From positions 44,144,001 to 44,208,000 of the forward strand of contig CM068742.1 in assembly GCA_035084275.1 (NCBI GenBank): a stretch of DNA of 64,000 nucleotides, given 5' to 3'. This DNA comes from Hydrolagus colliei. Lineage: Eukaryota. Positions 13,192-28,603 of the stretch are shown in pieces (position 1 is the first letter of the stretch; the number at the start of each line of letters is the position of its first letter). The position numbers and the translations under genes were made by a program. The notes under the pieces are model-generated. The model worked only from the letters and a program-made list of their open reading frames with translations. It searched no databases and was not told where the DNA came from.

Positions 13192-16100
13192 AGGCTGACT
13201 ATATCATGATGTATAGTTGGCCACACGTTCAATCTGTAACACCACAGCTTAAACGTGAAGGCGAAAAAAAAAATCCAACAAAAAGCTCCAGCCATCCATT
13301 ATCAAGAAAAATAGGAGCCATGCTGAGAAATTAGGTAAATAAATTCTAAATTAGAAGAATATTAACCACAACATCATTCACCCAGCCTCCACGCCTGTCT
13401 GTCCCCATATACAATTAAATTACAGCAAATTCGCATTTAAACATTACTGCTCGCCATAAAGCTTCGTTTTTCTCTCCAAAATAAATAAAATACAACGCTG
13501 TGTGTTGCAGTTCCGAGGCAGCAAACGCTGTGATGTTTAAAGCTGGCGTGTGAATGGTTCTAATTTCACCTAATAATAACACGTCCTGAATGTCCTAACC
13601 CTATGTGTGCTAGTTCACGAATTCCCCTTCCTTTCAAAACGGGATTCAGCGTTTAAAATAGACTTACCTCACACATGACATTTCAGGAAGTCAGATGTTA
13701 TTTTTTCACGTTTCATATAGTGACTGGATACATGTATTAGGTTGGAAAGGTTCCAGTCCGCCCATGTTGTTAGCTAAACGACTGTTAGTTTAGATACATT
13801 AAACTCAGCGACGTTGCAGTGTAAACCAGATCTATCAAACCAGCATCTGTGAGCTTTGTTAAAAAAAACCATTGGAGAAATTACTAAAATTGTTCAAATC
13901 TTTAAACGTAAAATTATTTTGCTTTCATCCTTAGTTCCTGCCTGTCGTGTGTATCCTTGCCTTCAAAACGGTCACATTAAGCGCTGGCTTCCTCTATTTA
14001 CAACACTGAACAACGGGATTAGTAAAATGTGAGTGTTTTGAATCTAAGAATGTACAGTTCAAAGTTTTAATTAACTGCGTGGAAACTGGAAGAGTGGCCT
14101 GGACGTGAGTGGTATGTGTTTATCCATAGGTAAGAGAAAGGGAGAGAGAGAGGGAGAGGAGGGAGAGGTAGAGAGAGGGAGGGAGTGAGTGAGTGAGAGG
14201 GGGGATTGGTATCAACACAAATGCTGGTAACTTTGTAGTAAGTGTGACTGCATTAAAACCAGAGCACTAATAAAACTGGTCCCCGCATGGTGTGTAATTG
14301 CAACAGAATGTTTTCAAATAACATTTAAAGAGATAGCTGATTAAGGCAGTCGCTGCCTGGCTGCTGGGTATGTGTGTACTCAGACGGGTGTGCAGTATTA
14401 TCTCAGAAGAGTGAAAAGTGTGAGTCAGCAGCCCCCAGTAAGGATGGAACTGTGAGCTCTCAATGTGTGAGGATGGATATGTGTGTGTGTACGCGGTGAA
14501 AGTAAGGAAAGAGTGTCACACCAATCACGTCATGGTCCAGACTACATCTTTGCATGCCCGGCCTGTGCAGAAAATACAGTCACACACACACACACACACA
14601 CACGTCTTGCAAGTCGGTACGTGATGTATTTTTGGAAATGTCTTGACGTCACGGTTGGTGATGGGAAGATATGGCAGAAGGCAATCTCTGAACATTTCTT
14701 CTGGCTGTTTAAAAGTTTCATTCTGTTCAGACTCGGTTCGCACTAAATACTGCAGAGAAACTCCAGCCTAGACCATCTCGTGTGCCTTGTCAGATCCACC
14801 AGTGAAACCCTTCCTCTCTGCTCTAAACTCTGTCATCTGGCTGTTTCCATTTACTGTGCCATGCACTGAAACCAGGTCCACAAACAAAAGCTTCTCCCCC
14901 CCCCCCCCCACACACACACACACACCACCCCCCTCCACTCCTATATATCTCCTTCCCTTTCACTTGTGGTCTCTCTCATCTTGTGTTTTTTTATTGGCTT
15001 TCCGTCTTAAATACCTCTTCACGCGCCACTTTCTGTTCTGACACATGCATTTTCCTGCGAATTCACCTTTTTCATTATTGCATAACCACAGCGCTATAAA
15101 TCAATGCCTTTCTTCCCTGCGTTCTGTTGCTCTCGCTTTTGTTCCCTCTATCTGCGTCTCACACACAAATACACACAAACACACGCTCAAATGCAAGTGC
15201 CACGTGTGGATAAATTTGTACTCAAATGACAACCCAAGTTCCAATCTCAAAAGAAATAAAACTCTTACTTTTTGCAGACATCCCCCTCTGGCCGCTGCCT
15301 CCTTTAATTATTTTTGCTAGATTTCTTTCCTGTGAAAAAGCCTGGGGTTCAGGGAAGAATCCCGATGCCTTGTTTTTTGTTTGAGATGGGACTGCGCGCC
15401 CCATATACTCACGGGTTCTCACTTAAGTGCAGATTGAGACATATCGGGTTCCTTATAAAAGGATCATTTCATGTGGGAGGTTGGACACAAAGTTTGGACT
15501 CGTGACTGGCATTCCTGAGCGACATGGCATATTTAAAACAACAAAGCAAGCGAGGAACAGTCAGTGCTCGGGAGAAGAAGGGAGAAAACTTGGAAGTGAA
15601 GTTTCTGAATCACAACACTCTCCCTCCCTCGCTTTTATATATCTATAAAAAAGTAAAGCTTAAATTCAATATTTGCGTATTCTGCCCATTCTCAATTCCA
15701 AACTCGGGGAGTTGTGTTCACTGAATATAGCTTGGGTTAAAACGTGTCACAGTTGAAATAGCAACAATAGTTGTGGAGAATAAATAGTGTACAAGTGTAT
15801 AATTGCGTGGATTGGGGGTATCAGGAACACTCGAAGTGTCTTCTCGGTTCAGCACATTGCTGGTGACTTGCTTTACAATCACTCTGTCTTGTGCAATGTG
15901 TGCACTTATTAAAGTGAAATCAGGGAAGGAAAACCCAGACAGAATAGTGACAGCTGAAGAAATGGGTAGCGTCACACAGCGTGTGAAACCACAATTTAAT
16001 GCCTGGTGCCAGAAAATTGCCTGATTGCTTTATTCATTTCATCCATTTAACATGTGATTATCAGCCTGGAAACAGAAAACACAAACCCAGGCGAAATATC

Positions 16101-17009
16101 ATGTAAGCACACACACATGTGGCCGATATTACTGAGCAATGATGCGGTCTCTCCCACCACCCCAACCCCCCCCCCCCCCCACACCCACCACCCTCCCCTC
16201 AACTCTATTGACTATTATTCCTTCTATAAAATAGTATCTTTAACAGTTGTGGAAATCTCAGCCCTGCAGAAGGAAGAATGAACACCAAATGAGAGAACAA
16301 ATAGCGAGGACATAGATATCTCTGTTAGTTGTCAATGCAGGTCCATGGGCCGGGAATGCTAATGAGGCTTTGCAGTGAAGACTGGAGCTGTGTGTGTGTG
16401 TGTGTGTGTGCACAGGGATCGATAACTGACCCAATGGTTTGGGCAATGAATGCTTTATTTATCTGCCCGAGCAATGATATTATCAGCCTTGAATGTTATA
16501 TACAGCAAACGTCTTTCTAAATCAACACAAACGGATCGCTTACAGCAGCCACCCCGCTACCCTTTTGGAGAAGCTTTTCACGACTGGGATATTTTATATC
16601 CTGCAGTTTTTGTTTGATATATCGCCTAAGCTTGATCTAGGACTCTGTAGACAAGAAGATATATACACAATTATACAGCCATCATCTTCCCTTCTGAGAG
16701 ACTAGCAACTGATAGCCCGGCTACATTTGGTTTGCCACGAAACACACACACATGCACACAGACACCACACACACACAGAGAAAGAGAATTGATAATACTT
16801 TATTTTATTTTATTATTCTGTACAACATCTTTATTGCAATCCATTTTGTCAACAAGCATGAAAGCAAATGTTTACAGCAACGCGCCGTGTCGTCAATACA
16901 CCAGGATGTACAGATCAGTTGAATAACATTTCAATAAATATTTTGGGGTGATGGGGACAGTGTATCTCTCACCAGCACTTTATCAAGCCCCATCTATCCC
17001 TCCTGACCA

Positions 17010-17040
<31 letters not shown>

Positions 17041-18872
17041 GCGGTTGTTTATATTTCTTCTTCCTTCGTTTAATAATCCCGGATTCAAGTCTGAACCGCT
17101 TGCCCGCTGCAATGGGACCGAGCCCGGGTCTTTCACACGAGGCACCTTAGGATGGACATTAATTCGGACACAGTTGATAGATACCATGCAGAAGATATCA
17201 GCTATAACACAATGTTTCGATCCACGAGAGATTCAATAAATGCCATTGCATTTTATTTGTGTCCGCCACAAACGGGTAAGTAAACTTTTTTTTTCGCCCA
17301 CCGAAAAGTCTCCGGCTTCCTCCTTCCTCAAAGTGCGACCATGAAATAAATCTCGTCAATTAGAGAAAACAAGTCAAGGTCCGCGAATCTCGTCCCAAGA
17401 CTGTGTTTGTTGGATGTGTCCTTGTACACGCTGTAATGAACACGAGGGAAGTACATCATGTGAGATTTGGGTTGCTGAGTTTGTACGTGTGGGGGACAGG
17501 GGTCCTGGAAACTGGCAATCCTCGTGCAATGGGTTTGAAATGTATTCTCTGACAAGTGGGGATAATAAATGAGACCTGCTTTCAGATGGATATCTCAGAC
17601 GTGAAATTGCGCCCAGCTGGTTGTGTAAGCAAACAAATAGTTTCATGTTCGACTCTCGACTTGTAGGTTGATGAATAGAACACGACATCGGTAAATGGGT
17701 CTTTAACTCATTTAAGAATAAAACTCCTGCTCTCTAAGTGAAAGACACGGCGACGCCATGTATCCAGAGCAATCACAATTTAAAAGAGTTTTATTAGTTT
17801 CCACTCCTTCACCCGGTTTTTTTTTGTTGCATTAAATCCGAACGTCAGTCAATCTCTGCGGTGACCAGCGCCTGGATGCACAGTCTCGCAGTGCAGAGAT
17901 TTCCCTGAATTTGAGGAACCCTCGCTGGCGTTGATGCACGTAATAGATTGTTGTTGTTATTTGGCGAAAATACTTGTGGTTTGGAAACGCGAGAAGTTAA
18001 ATGGAAACGTACTAGAAGGCAAACACAGCTTCTCTTATTTGACAAATGACATCTGTTTGTAAAATAAACCAGCTTTTAAAAAAAACGCAAAACACGCGGA
18101 TGAGGATAGAGTTGGGGAGGGAGGGGGTTCAATGTAAAGTGAAGTGTTTTTAAACAAACTACTTTTGAGGGTTAATATGAGCCTTTCACTTTCTCCCAAA
18201 ACCTTGTTGAATATAATACCAATGGGATTTTCTTCGCAGTTTAAGATCGAGCTGATCAAGTGTCTTCTAATTTGATTTTTTTTTGGGGGGGGAAAAAAAG
18301 AAAAGAAAAGGGCCAAAATAGTGACAGAGTTAAGCAGTGAGGATGGACAGGTGGTAAGAAATAAATTCACTTCACTCAGCTGGAACTGTAATATATACAC
18401 AGTTATTAAAAGAAATGTTTCAAACGGCAGGCAGACAGTGCTTAGCCTTTGCATAGTTGGATCCCTGAGGGAAAGCCTTTTGATTTTTTAAACAAACGTT
18501 GTGGTTACAGCAGCTTAAAATCCACTTAAAAAGGGACTGGACAACCTGGTTGAGAGACTGGATTCAGGGCTAAGAAATGGTGTGTGTGTGTGTGTGGGGG
18601 GGGGGGCAGAGCAGGAAACAGATCACATGTTTTAAGGGTGAATTCAAAAGGGGGAGAAAAAATGGCAAAGAGACGAGGTACACACTCTGGCAAATACAAA
18701 CCACAGACGGGAGAGACGAAGACAAGTTTTTTTTAGTGAGTGAGTTGAGGGGAATCGAGAGATCGAGACGAGGTTCTGATAGTAACATTCAGCAAATTAG
18801 ACATTGGTGCATTTTACAAAATTCAGCAACTGGACAACAGAGGTCGGACAGTCTGTGGGGGGGGGGGGGGAG

Positions 18873-18930
18873 AGGTTCGGCCAAGAGCAGGGGACATGCT
18901 AAGGTTCGGCCAAGAGCAGGGGACATGCTA
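18873..18930 (+). repeat. Exact 29-bp tandem duplication
   Basis: AGGTTCGGCCAAGAGCAGGGGACATGCTA x2, next to a G run. Confidence 0.95.
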
Positions 18931-21900
18931 GACACAATGTTTGAGAGAAAATGCGGGCAAAGCAAGTAAAAAAAAACACACGTAAAAACCCAGATAGTCC
19001 CGATTCCAGCCATTCTTGACTTTGTTTTTGTTGGGTCCACAAATCAACGTAACGTATCGTGAAAGAATCAAAACATATTTGCAAACAAGTGCACCATGAT
19101 TTATTACAGGAACAAAATACAACTGTTTTCATGTTTTATTAAAAGTACACTAACATCAAACTGAAACACAAACACCTTTACCTGGGTTATTCCATAGTTC
19201 ATTGCCATTTACAAAGAATTAATTATCATTAGCATTAATAAAAGCCTCCCCCTCCCCCACTCTCTCTCCTCAAAAAGACCAGCTTTATTTTAGTTTGTCT
19301 GGATAATGCAAAGCTTGTTGGTTCGGCTCAAAATGTCCCAAACTCCCTTCTTATGCATCCCGAGCCCTTTTGACCATTTTACTTTATGAAACCGCGGAAT
19401 ATTCCGGCAGAAAATAAATATTCCTTCTTAATTAAAAGCCTATATTTTCGCAGCTTGTCTCTCTCTCTCTCTCCCTCTCAGTCACAGCATCAATCCCCTG
19501 TAAAGTTTGGATGTAAAACTCACAAGGTAACATCTTATTAAACCGTCTGAGTGTAAAAAAAATGAATATTCTCACTCCTTTTCAAGAAAACCCGAAGCAG
19601 ATTTTATCGTCAGAAGAAACAAAAGAATAGTTTAAAAAAAAGACATCAATATTTGCAGTGAGATTTAGTTGAAATGGAGAATGCAACAGAAAGCTACATT
19701 TAAGTGTACACGACGAGGTGTGGAGTGATGGTTCGTTAAAGTGACATTTGGCAGAAGTTTTAATATAAAACTCGTGGTAGTACATTTATGTCTTAAGTGA
19801 AATTAAACAATTGTAAATAAACTAGAGGACTGTCTCCAGGAAACGAAAGTGTGGCACACGCATTTTTCGGATCATTTAATGCTTGACCACACATCAAACT
19901 TTCTAGATTTTGTCCAGTGAATTATGAGGACAGAAATGAAGCTATAGATTGTGTTTCCAAGGGGACTGGGCTATTCGTCTGTTTCACGGGAGAGGATTGA
20001 GGGAGAGAAGTGCCTTTTTCTCAAATGCATCTAAAGTCTGTTAAAAAGGCAGCCATGTTTGTTTGCTTCCATCTGCTTTAAATGAGCCGGGCTTCACACA
20101 CCATTAAAGTATTGCACTGGGCTGCAGTTTCTCCAGGAAGAAAAGAACAACCTTTCACAATAAATATGTTCGTCACCCCCCATTGCAATCAATCAATGTT
20201 TTACTTTGACTGAAACACAATACATAAAGGCAAATGCAACTCAAAAAATGTCAATTTCACGAGCATGGGGTTGAAATTAGCATTCAGTTCCAGGTTAAAC
20301 ATTAATGTTTTGCAAGAGTGGTGTACACATTGGGGGTATTTTCTCTCTCTCTCTCTCTCTCTCTCAAGGATTTGCTAATATTTGAATACTTCACTGAGTA
20401 TACTCCATCGAGAGGGTTCTCAGATGGCGGCTTGGTCGAATTTCTTGAAAAGGAAATTAAAATTAAAATACAATTATAATAGGAAGAAGGAGAACTGCCG
20501 ATAGGGAGTCTAGAATGGAATGGGTTTGAAGTTAATACCGTCAGTCCTGAAAAAGACTGCGCAGGTTAAAAAAAAAAGCAGGTGTCAATTAAAAATAATA
20601 TATAGATTTTTTTAAAATCAAGGAGAAATTCTGCACAACCTACAAATTACCTTTGCCCCCCCCCCCCCACTCCTCCCCTCCCTAAAAAAAATACGGTGTC
20701 CGGGATTATATAGTGTTATAGCTGCGTCAACAGAGTGTTTAATATCATTACAGACAACATCAAAGTTATTAATTTCTATAGAATGATATCGCACAGGATT
20801 AAAGAACACAAGGTGGGTCACACATCAGGCTGCCCTGACCGGGTCTGGTGAACAGAGCCATGAAATAGAACAGATTTGTCTGTGTAAGTGAATTCAAATA
20901 AATCCTGTAATTGGGAACTGTGCTGCAAAATAGAAACATTGTTATTAGGAATAAGCCGCTATCTTCCCCCATAGCCCCTGACGTGTTATGAAATACCACC
21001 GGACGCCCCTGTCATATTCCATGCTAACAAGTTTAAATAGTATTTTAATTGGATTTAACGGTGAAACGATGAAAAATCATTATATATTAGGGCTTTGATG
21101 TCGATGGGCGGCGGTAAAAAGGGTAATGCGAAAGTCGGGGTGGAAGCAAAGAGGGGCCTAGGGGGCTATACTCAGAACAAAACCAGACAATAAGTTGGGA
21201 GTCAGAGCCAAGTGAAACAGCGCAAAAAAAACACACCCTGAAATATCCATAATGTTAAGTGCAACCGAGAAGAGTACAGCAACGGTTTAGGTCTGCCTAT
21301 TTCTGGGTCTTTATAGAGCCGTGTGTGTGTGTGTGTGTGTGCAGGTATGTGTGTATGTGTGTATGTTATCGTTGCATTCTGTGGTCATGCGTGTTTCTCT
21401 ACATGCGTATTAAAAACATACATAGACAATCTATTTGCGTCGTTAATTATTCCATCTAAAAGTGTCTATAGTCATCGCCTTGTGTATCCTGCAGCCTTGC
21501 GTCTAGAATGTTAAAAACCCCAAGCGGCCACATAGCAGGCTCTCGTTAAATGCAAAGAGAAAGCTTGGGAGCACATAGAGGAAAATTAAAACACACACAC
21601 AGACACACACACACACATATATACATACACACACAGGCACACACACAGACACACACTTCCAGCCACTCTCCAGATTCATATTGTGCCTCGTGCTCCTTTA
21701 CTCTGGGCTGGTTGTGAGGTTTATTTTTGATGCAGAGTTGCTAAAGAAAGCTCTCTCATGGCAGTGTGTGCTGGAGCTTTGACCCGGATTATAAAACATT
21801 AATGAAAGCAGCAACTGAATTCTGCACAACCTTCTACCAAAGCAAAGGCAGGCACTGCAGTCTTTACATCTCCAAAAGCCACTGTCTGGAAGCTGTGGGC

Positions 21901-22894
21901 TCCTTTCAAATCTTCCTTGGAATTTTTTTTAATATTTCAGATACACCCAGCACATGACTTCAATGGAATTAATTATAAAAATGACTGAGAGTATATAATT
22001 ATGATTGCTCCGCCAATTAATTGTCATAGGTTTGTGCAATAAAGAGTTCCCTCAACAACAAAAAACCCTTTTCTTTTAGTAGGTCACGGAGAGGAGAAGA
22101 ATATCAGCACCGAACAGATAACACAGAAACAGCTGCGATAGATCTCTTTATATCACTTTTGTAACTGGTCCAACGATTTTTTTTTACAAGAATATTCCAT
22201 CATTACCCACAGGACAATGCCACTGTACAGCGTGTGTTTTTGCACGGGTGAAACGCCTGTACTTTCCTAGGTATTGTGATTCCTTTTCGAAGCAAGTCTA
22301 CAGGTAAAGTCGGCTTGACAGTACTGATACGAAAGGTGTGATACACTGTAAAAACTGTGGGGAAGTGGAGGGAGTGGGGAGGGTGGGGAGGGTGGGTTGT
22401 GGGGGGGGGGGGGGGGGGGGGGGGTAACCAACAAAAAAATGCAGTTTTTGCCACGTGAAAAGTTGGCGACAGTGAAGGGTACAATTCGTTCTCGTAACAA
22501 AAAAAAAGAGACTTGAATCAAGGTCTGCTCTCAACACATATCAAAAAAAAACTTAGATTAACCTAACTTCAGAGCTCTCAGACTTCTTCTTTTGTTGGGA
22601 AAAAAATCAAAGAAGTGTCTTGGACATTTCAGCCGAAAACTCTTGTTTCTATTAAAGATAGTGGGAATAGACACGGAATCCCCCCCACCAACATCCCCCC
22701 AAAAAAGTGTTTTAAGAGTATCCAGGTTGTGTGACAGTTCTGAAAACACGTTCTTTTTTGTATTAACATCTCGCAGTGCTCTCTCTCTTTCTCTCTTTCA
22801 ATCTGATCACTTTTTTTAAAAAAAACGTTCAGTTTCGCCAAGATTGCAGGTCAGTTGGTACGCTTAAAGCGACAAAAAAGCTTTTTTTTTTCAT

Positions 22895-23479
22895 TTTGTG
22901 CTAAATTCATTTTTATTTTGTTTCCATTCTGATTTCAATTTTAATTCTTGGAGAACATAGCTTTGACGACATAAATCTCACTCGTTATAAGAAGCAAAAG
23001 GTTATATCAAAAATTATTAGTATAGGAATCACACGAAACCTGGTTTTGAACCAGAAAAAAAATACAAAACAGATATAGATACATAGACACAGAACAATTT
23101 TATAATTATTTGGAAAATGTTATTTTCCCCCTAATCTCTGATTCTGTCTTTTTTAAATGCGCATACGATGTTTTTGTTTAATTTTACAAAAAAAATGGAA
23201 AATAAAGTCTAATATTTTACAAAATGATAAGCATTGCTTGTGGTAAGTGTGGTTCTACATATGATGCAGTTCAGTTCCTTTTTTTTGTTTTGTTTCACAG
23301 AATAAATCCCACAGTCAATAGTTTGGCCTCTTGAAGGTCCTTTTATTTTCACAGATATGATCCTATAGGAACTTTCGAGTCCTGGAATAGAGAGGGAGGC
23401 TCGCCTAAAATGCCTGTTTTTTTATGGTGGAGGAGAGAGGTGGGGGGGAGGGTGGGGGTGGGGGGGAATCCTTCTCTCA
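22895..23479 (-). other. NR2F1: NR2F1 3' UTR with probable polyadenylation signal AATAAA at 22917-22912
   Basis: AU-rich sequence after the stop; minus-strand AATAAA at 22912-22917 and a proximal one at 23342-23347. The 3' end position is inferred. Confidence 0.6.
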
Positions 23480-23752
<273 letters not shown>

Positions 23753-25540
23753 CTTGACAGCCAAAGAAAAACAGAATTAGTACCGCTATCAGCAGATCTT
23801 TTGTTTTATTTTAATCCTCTTTTTTTGTTTTATATAAATCCACACACACACACACTCACTCACACACACAGACACTCACACACAGACTGACTCACTGACT
23901 CCGTCACACACACTCTGCAAGCTGGAGGCGAACAAGCTTAAGATAACACGTTTTTTTTTGTTGCAAACATTGCGGCCGATTCAAACAGCCTGATAGCAAA
24001 ATCGTACGCAGCATAAGCTTTGAATTATAGGTAACAAAGACACTCTTAAATAATAAGTACAGATGCACGCCATTTCCCGTAGAGAACCGATCCAGCGACA
24101 CCAGTGCCTGGGAACAATCTGTGACAGATATTGGTGCAGAGTTATTGTTTCTATTCCTTTACTGTATGCGTTACACACACTTCCTTTTACATTCCTGGGC
24201 AATGTAGCTTTTCATCAGCTCTGTGATATATGGTGTAATCGTGTACCGAATATAAAAAACAAGGAATGTGTGATAAACAACGAGACATGCAGCCAGGCAT
24301 TCATCAGTTACAAAAGCAAATCTATAATAATATCTTGCACAGGCTCTCGGAACCCCTTTGTTGCAGAATGGAGTTTGGTGTTGTTGTAATTATGGGGACA
24401 TGCCAGTTATGTTATTGGCAACCTTTTTTAAAAATGAATGTGCTGATGCTTCTAATGAAAATAGCATTAATAACAATGATCACTGAATTAGGATTGAAGG
24501 CTCGCGTTATGCAACACCATGCTGTACCGGAGTACCGGAGCTAAATTAAAACTAAACTCCAGATTTCTAATGTGAAATAGGCACGAACTCTGGGTGTATA
24601 TCTACCAACTTGTTTGTCAACAACTGAGTGTGGGCGTATTAATGGTCATGGCTGCGTTTTATTTACCACACGCTCGTTGCCTTTTTTTTGTGAAAGCTTT
24701 ATTTGCTCGGGAGCCATATTTTAGCAGATGAATTAATAAAGTAAAAATAGGAAGTTTGGGTCGCGACCCAGCCTTGGAAAACATCCAGAACGAGAGGTTG
24801 AAAATACTATCCGGACCTAAGGTAAAACCACAACAAGCCTGCTACAAGCTCCAAGCAACTTCAAGCGGCCCTCAGCAAACAACCCAGCGAAAAAAAACAT
24901 GGCATAGAAATGTCCTTTCGATCACCCAAACGCTCTGTGCACTGGAAAACGTGGACAGCTTTGAGAAAGGCTTCCCATGAATTCCCCTCTGGCTAACAAT
25001 CAAAACAAGTTTGGTCAAAGCTGAGGGAGAGGAGGTTTCAAACGTGGGGAATTTAAACCGATTTGCTTTATTTTTCTACCTTGCCCTTTCCGTGGTAACC
25101 TCACGAGCATTAATACTCTCTTTTCTTCCTTTTATTTATTTTTCTTATTCTATTTCTCCCACACAACGTCCCTGTTGTAGGAAACAATAATTTATCGCGA
25201 GTTGGGGAGGGTGTGGGGGTGTGGGGGGAGGGGGGTGGGGGGTGTGGTGAGGGTTGCTGGAAAGATGATTAATCTGTAATATTTATTGATCAATTTCCAA
25301 TTGATTTACATCAGATTATGCCATTAATAGAAGCCTCCTGGTAAAAATAAATCATTGTTATAGTACTTGACTAATACCATCTTATACATAAATTAAGCAT
25401 CAGGCACCCAAATAATTTATATGTGTTTAACCTTACTTATTCTGGCGTAGAATTGCACTGAAGGAGGGAGGGGCAGCAGGGGACGCTTTATCGATTTAGA
25501 TCTATTTTTACTGAACTTTTGTTTCCTTTCCAGCCACTCA

Positions 25541-26137
<597 letters not shown>

Positions 26138-26599
26138 CTAAAAAAATCACTCATTTTCTATCTCATTTGTTTGTATAGATACTGTATGTATATATATATA
26201 TCTGTATGTCTTTTTTTTAAAAAAAAGAAGGAATTGAAAAAAATCCTACAGACAATAGCACTCATATTTGATATCAGAAGCATTTACAGGAACTCGCCCT
26301 TTGAAAATGTATTAATGTTCAATAAGCATTACCGGTCTGTGCACTCCACATTATGCGTGTGAAATCCCACTAGAAACGCGCAGGTTTAACTCAAGGCGAC
26401 TGCAGGATTGCAAAACTCCCTAAATCCAACACCCACCCACTGATACAACTGCGAAAAATTTCCAAACACACGCGATCCACTGAATGCGAAAAAGATTAAC
26501 TTACAATAGAGTGACAAAAGAGGTCCGATTATTAACCATTTTGATTCCAGAAATACATAACGCAGCCATGCTTGTAATTGCTAAACTCTCCCAACTTCG

Positions 26600-26680
26600 A
26601 ATTAGCGAGTTTGGGATTTCCCCCCTCCAAACCCCCCCAATTAGCGAGTTTGGGATTTCCCCCCCCTCCAAACCCCCCCC
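26600..26680 (+). repeat. About 39-bp tandem duplication in NR2F1 intron 1
   Basis: AATTAGCGAGTTTGGGATTT(C)nTCCAAA(C)n x2; copies differ only in C-run lengths. Confidence 0.9.
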
Positions 26681-27058
26681 CCCCCCCCCCCCACACCACC
26701 ACCCACCTCAACTTTAAAGCAAAAATATTTGCATTTGTTTCTCTCTCTATTTTCTTTCGCAGAGAGGAATCTTTACGTCGGCTGCTAACCTTTAAATAAC
26801 GCTTATTTTACAAGCGATTACACGTTATAGATTAACAGGCTAACTTCATTAACGCTCTAATTACTTCATAGCGAGCACATTTGGTCAGGTTGGGAACCCA
26901 AATCTCGCACCCCCCACCCACCCACCCTCACACTCATCTCACCCCCATACCTCACCCACACACCCACCCCCCAAAACAATAACCCCCCGCACAGATAGGA
27001 AACACAACGTCTGATGTTTGCCGGGGACCCACACATTTCTAATTTGAAGTAATATTCA

Positions 27059-27506
<448 letters not shown>

Positions 27507-28603
27507 ATCTCGGGCCCAAAAAGTGCGGGAAAACAAGTTAATCGCAAAGGCTTTTCTTTGTTATTTTTGTGTGTGTGAGGGTTGGTTGGTTAAGGGGGAT
27601 TGTTGTTGTTTTGTGTGTATGTGTGTCTGCGTGTGTGTGTTGTGTGTGTGTGTCTGTCCTGTTGGGTAAGGAGCAGAGAGTTGGAATGGTAGTGGGTTCG
27701 TGAGCTGGTAATAATAAAAAGGCTCCCCCCCCCCCCCACCCACAAATAAAACTTACCCCGCTCACCCTCCCCACTCCAGGGAGAAAAAACAGGGGGGGAA
27801 TCGGAAGGTAGGAATATAACTGCAATCAAGCGACGCACACAAGACACACAGACAGGCACAGACACACACACACACAGGGCGCAGTGAATGAGTGTAGTGT
27901 TGATCAACAGTAACGGGTGTGGTGGGGAGAGGGAGGAGGGATGATGATGAGGGTGGAGGGAGGGGTGGGGTTGTGGGGGGGGGGGGGGGGGGGTGGGGAG
28001 GTTGGGGGTGTGGGAAGGATGAATAAAAATAGAATAGAGGAAATAAATTTCCCGATCAGGGTATATAACAGTCGGGGGCCAAACCCAGGGCAACACACAG
28101 CCAGCCATCCAGGACACTAAATTAGGAGGGGACAGGCAGGTATCTGGGTGGCAGACAGGGAGGGAAGTGGAATGAGAGGGGAGGGGAGTGGGAGAGACAG
28201 GGACAGGGATAGGAACAGGGAGCGTTGGGTTGGTGGGGGGGTGGGGGGGGTGGGGTTAAAGATTAGGAAGTTGGAAAAGATAGAGAGGCGATCTGAATTG
28301 GAAGGAACAAAAAAAAAATTGAACCACGCGATCCAAGGTAAAAGTATGGCGAGTGTATATCCCTTCTTCTTTTTCTTCTTCTTCTTCTTTTCTTCTTCTT
28401 CTCTCTTCTTCTTCGGAGAGGAACACAAAAAATAGAAGATTCGGAATTGGTCACCCTCCCTACCCAACCACTCCCCCACTCCCACACCCCCCCCTCAAAA
28501 CAACAGCAGTGCAAACTCACCAGACCACACACACACACACATACACACAGAGATACACACTCACACAAAAAAAAGACAGTCGACGTTTAAAGCGCCCTAT
28601 TTT
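27507..28603 (-). promoter_or_regulatory. NR2F1: Probable long 5' UTR / proximal promoter of NR2F1, running into an assembly gap
   Basis: Directly upstream of the ATG; low-complexity tracts ((CA)n, C runs, (GAA)n on the sense strand) between unique blocks. The TSS cannot be located from sequence. Confidence 0.5.

Noticed and set aside
27590-28117. 175-aa upstream ORF in the NR2F1 leader
   Set aside because: Made of homopolymer and microsatellite translation in an indel-prone region; its ATG at 28108 lacks a -3 purine.
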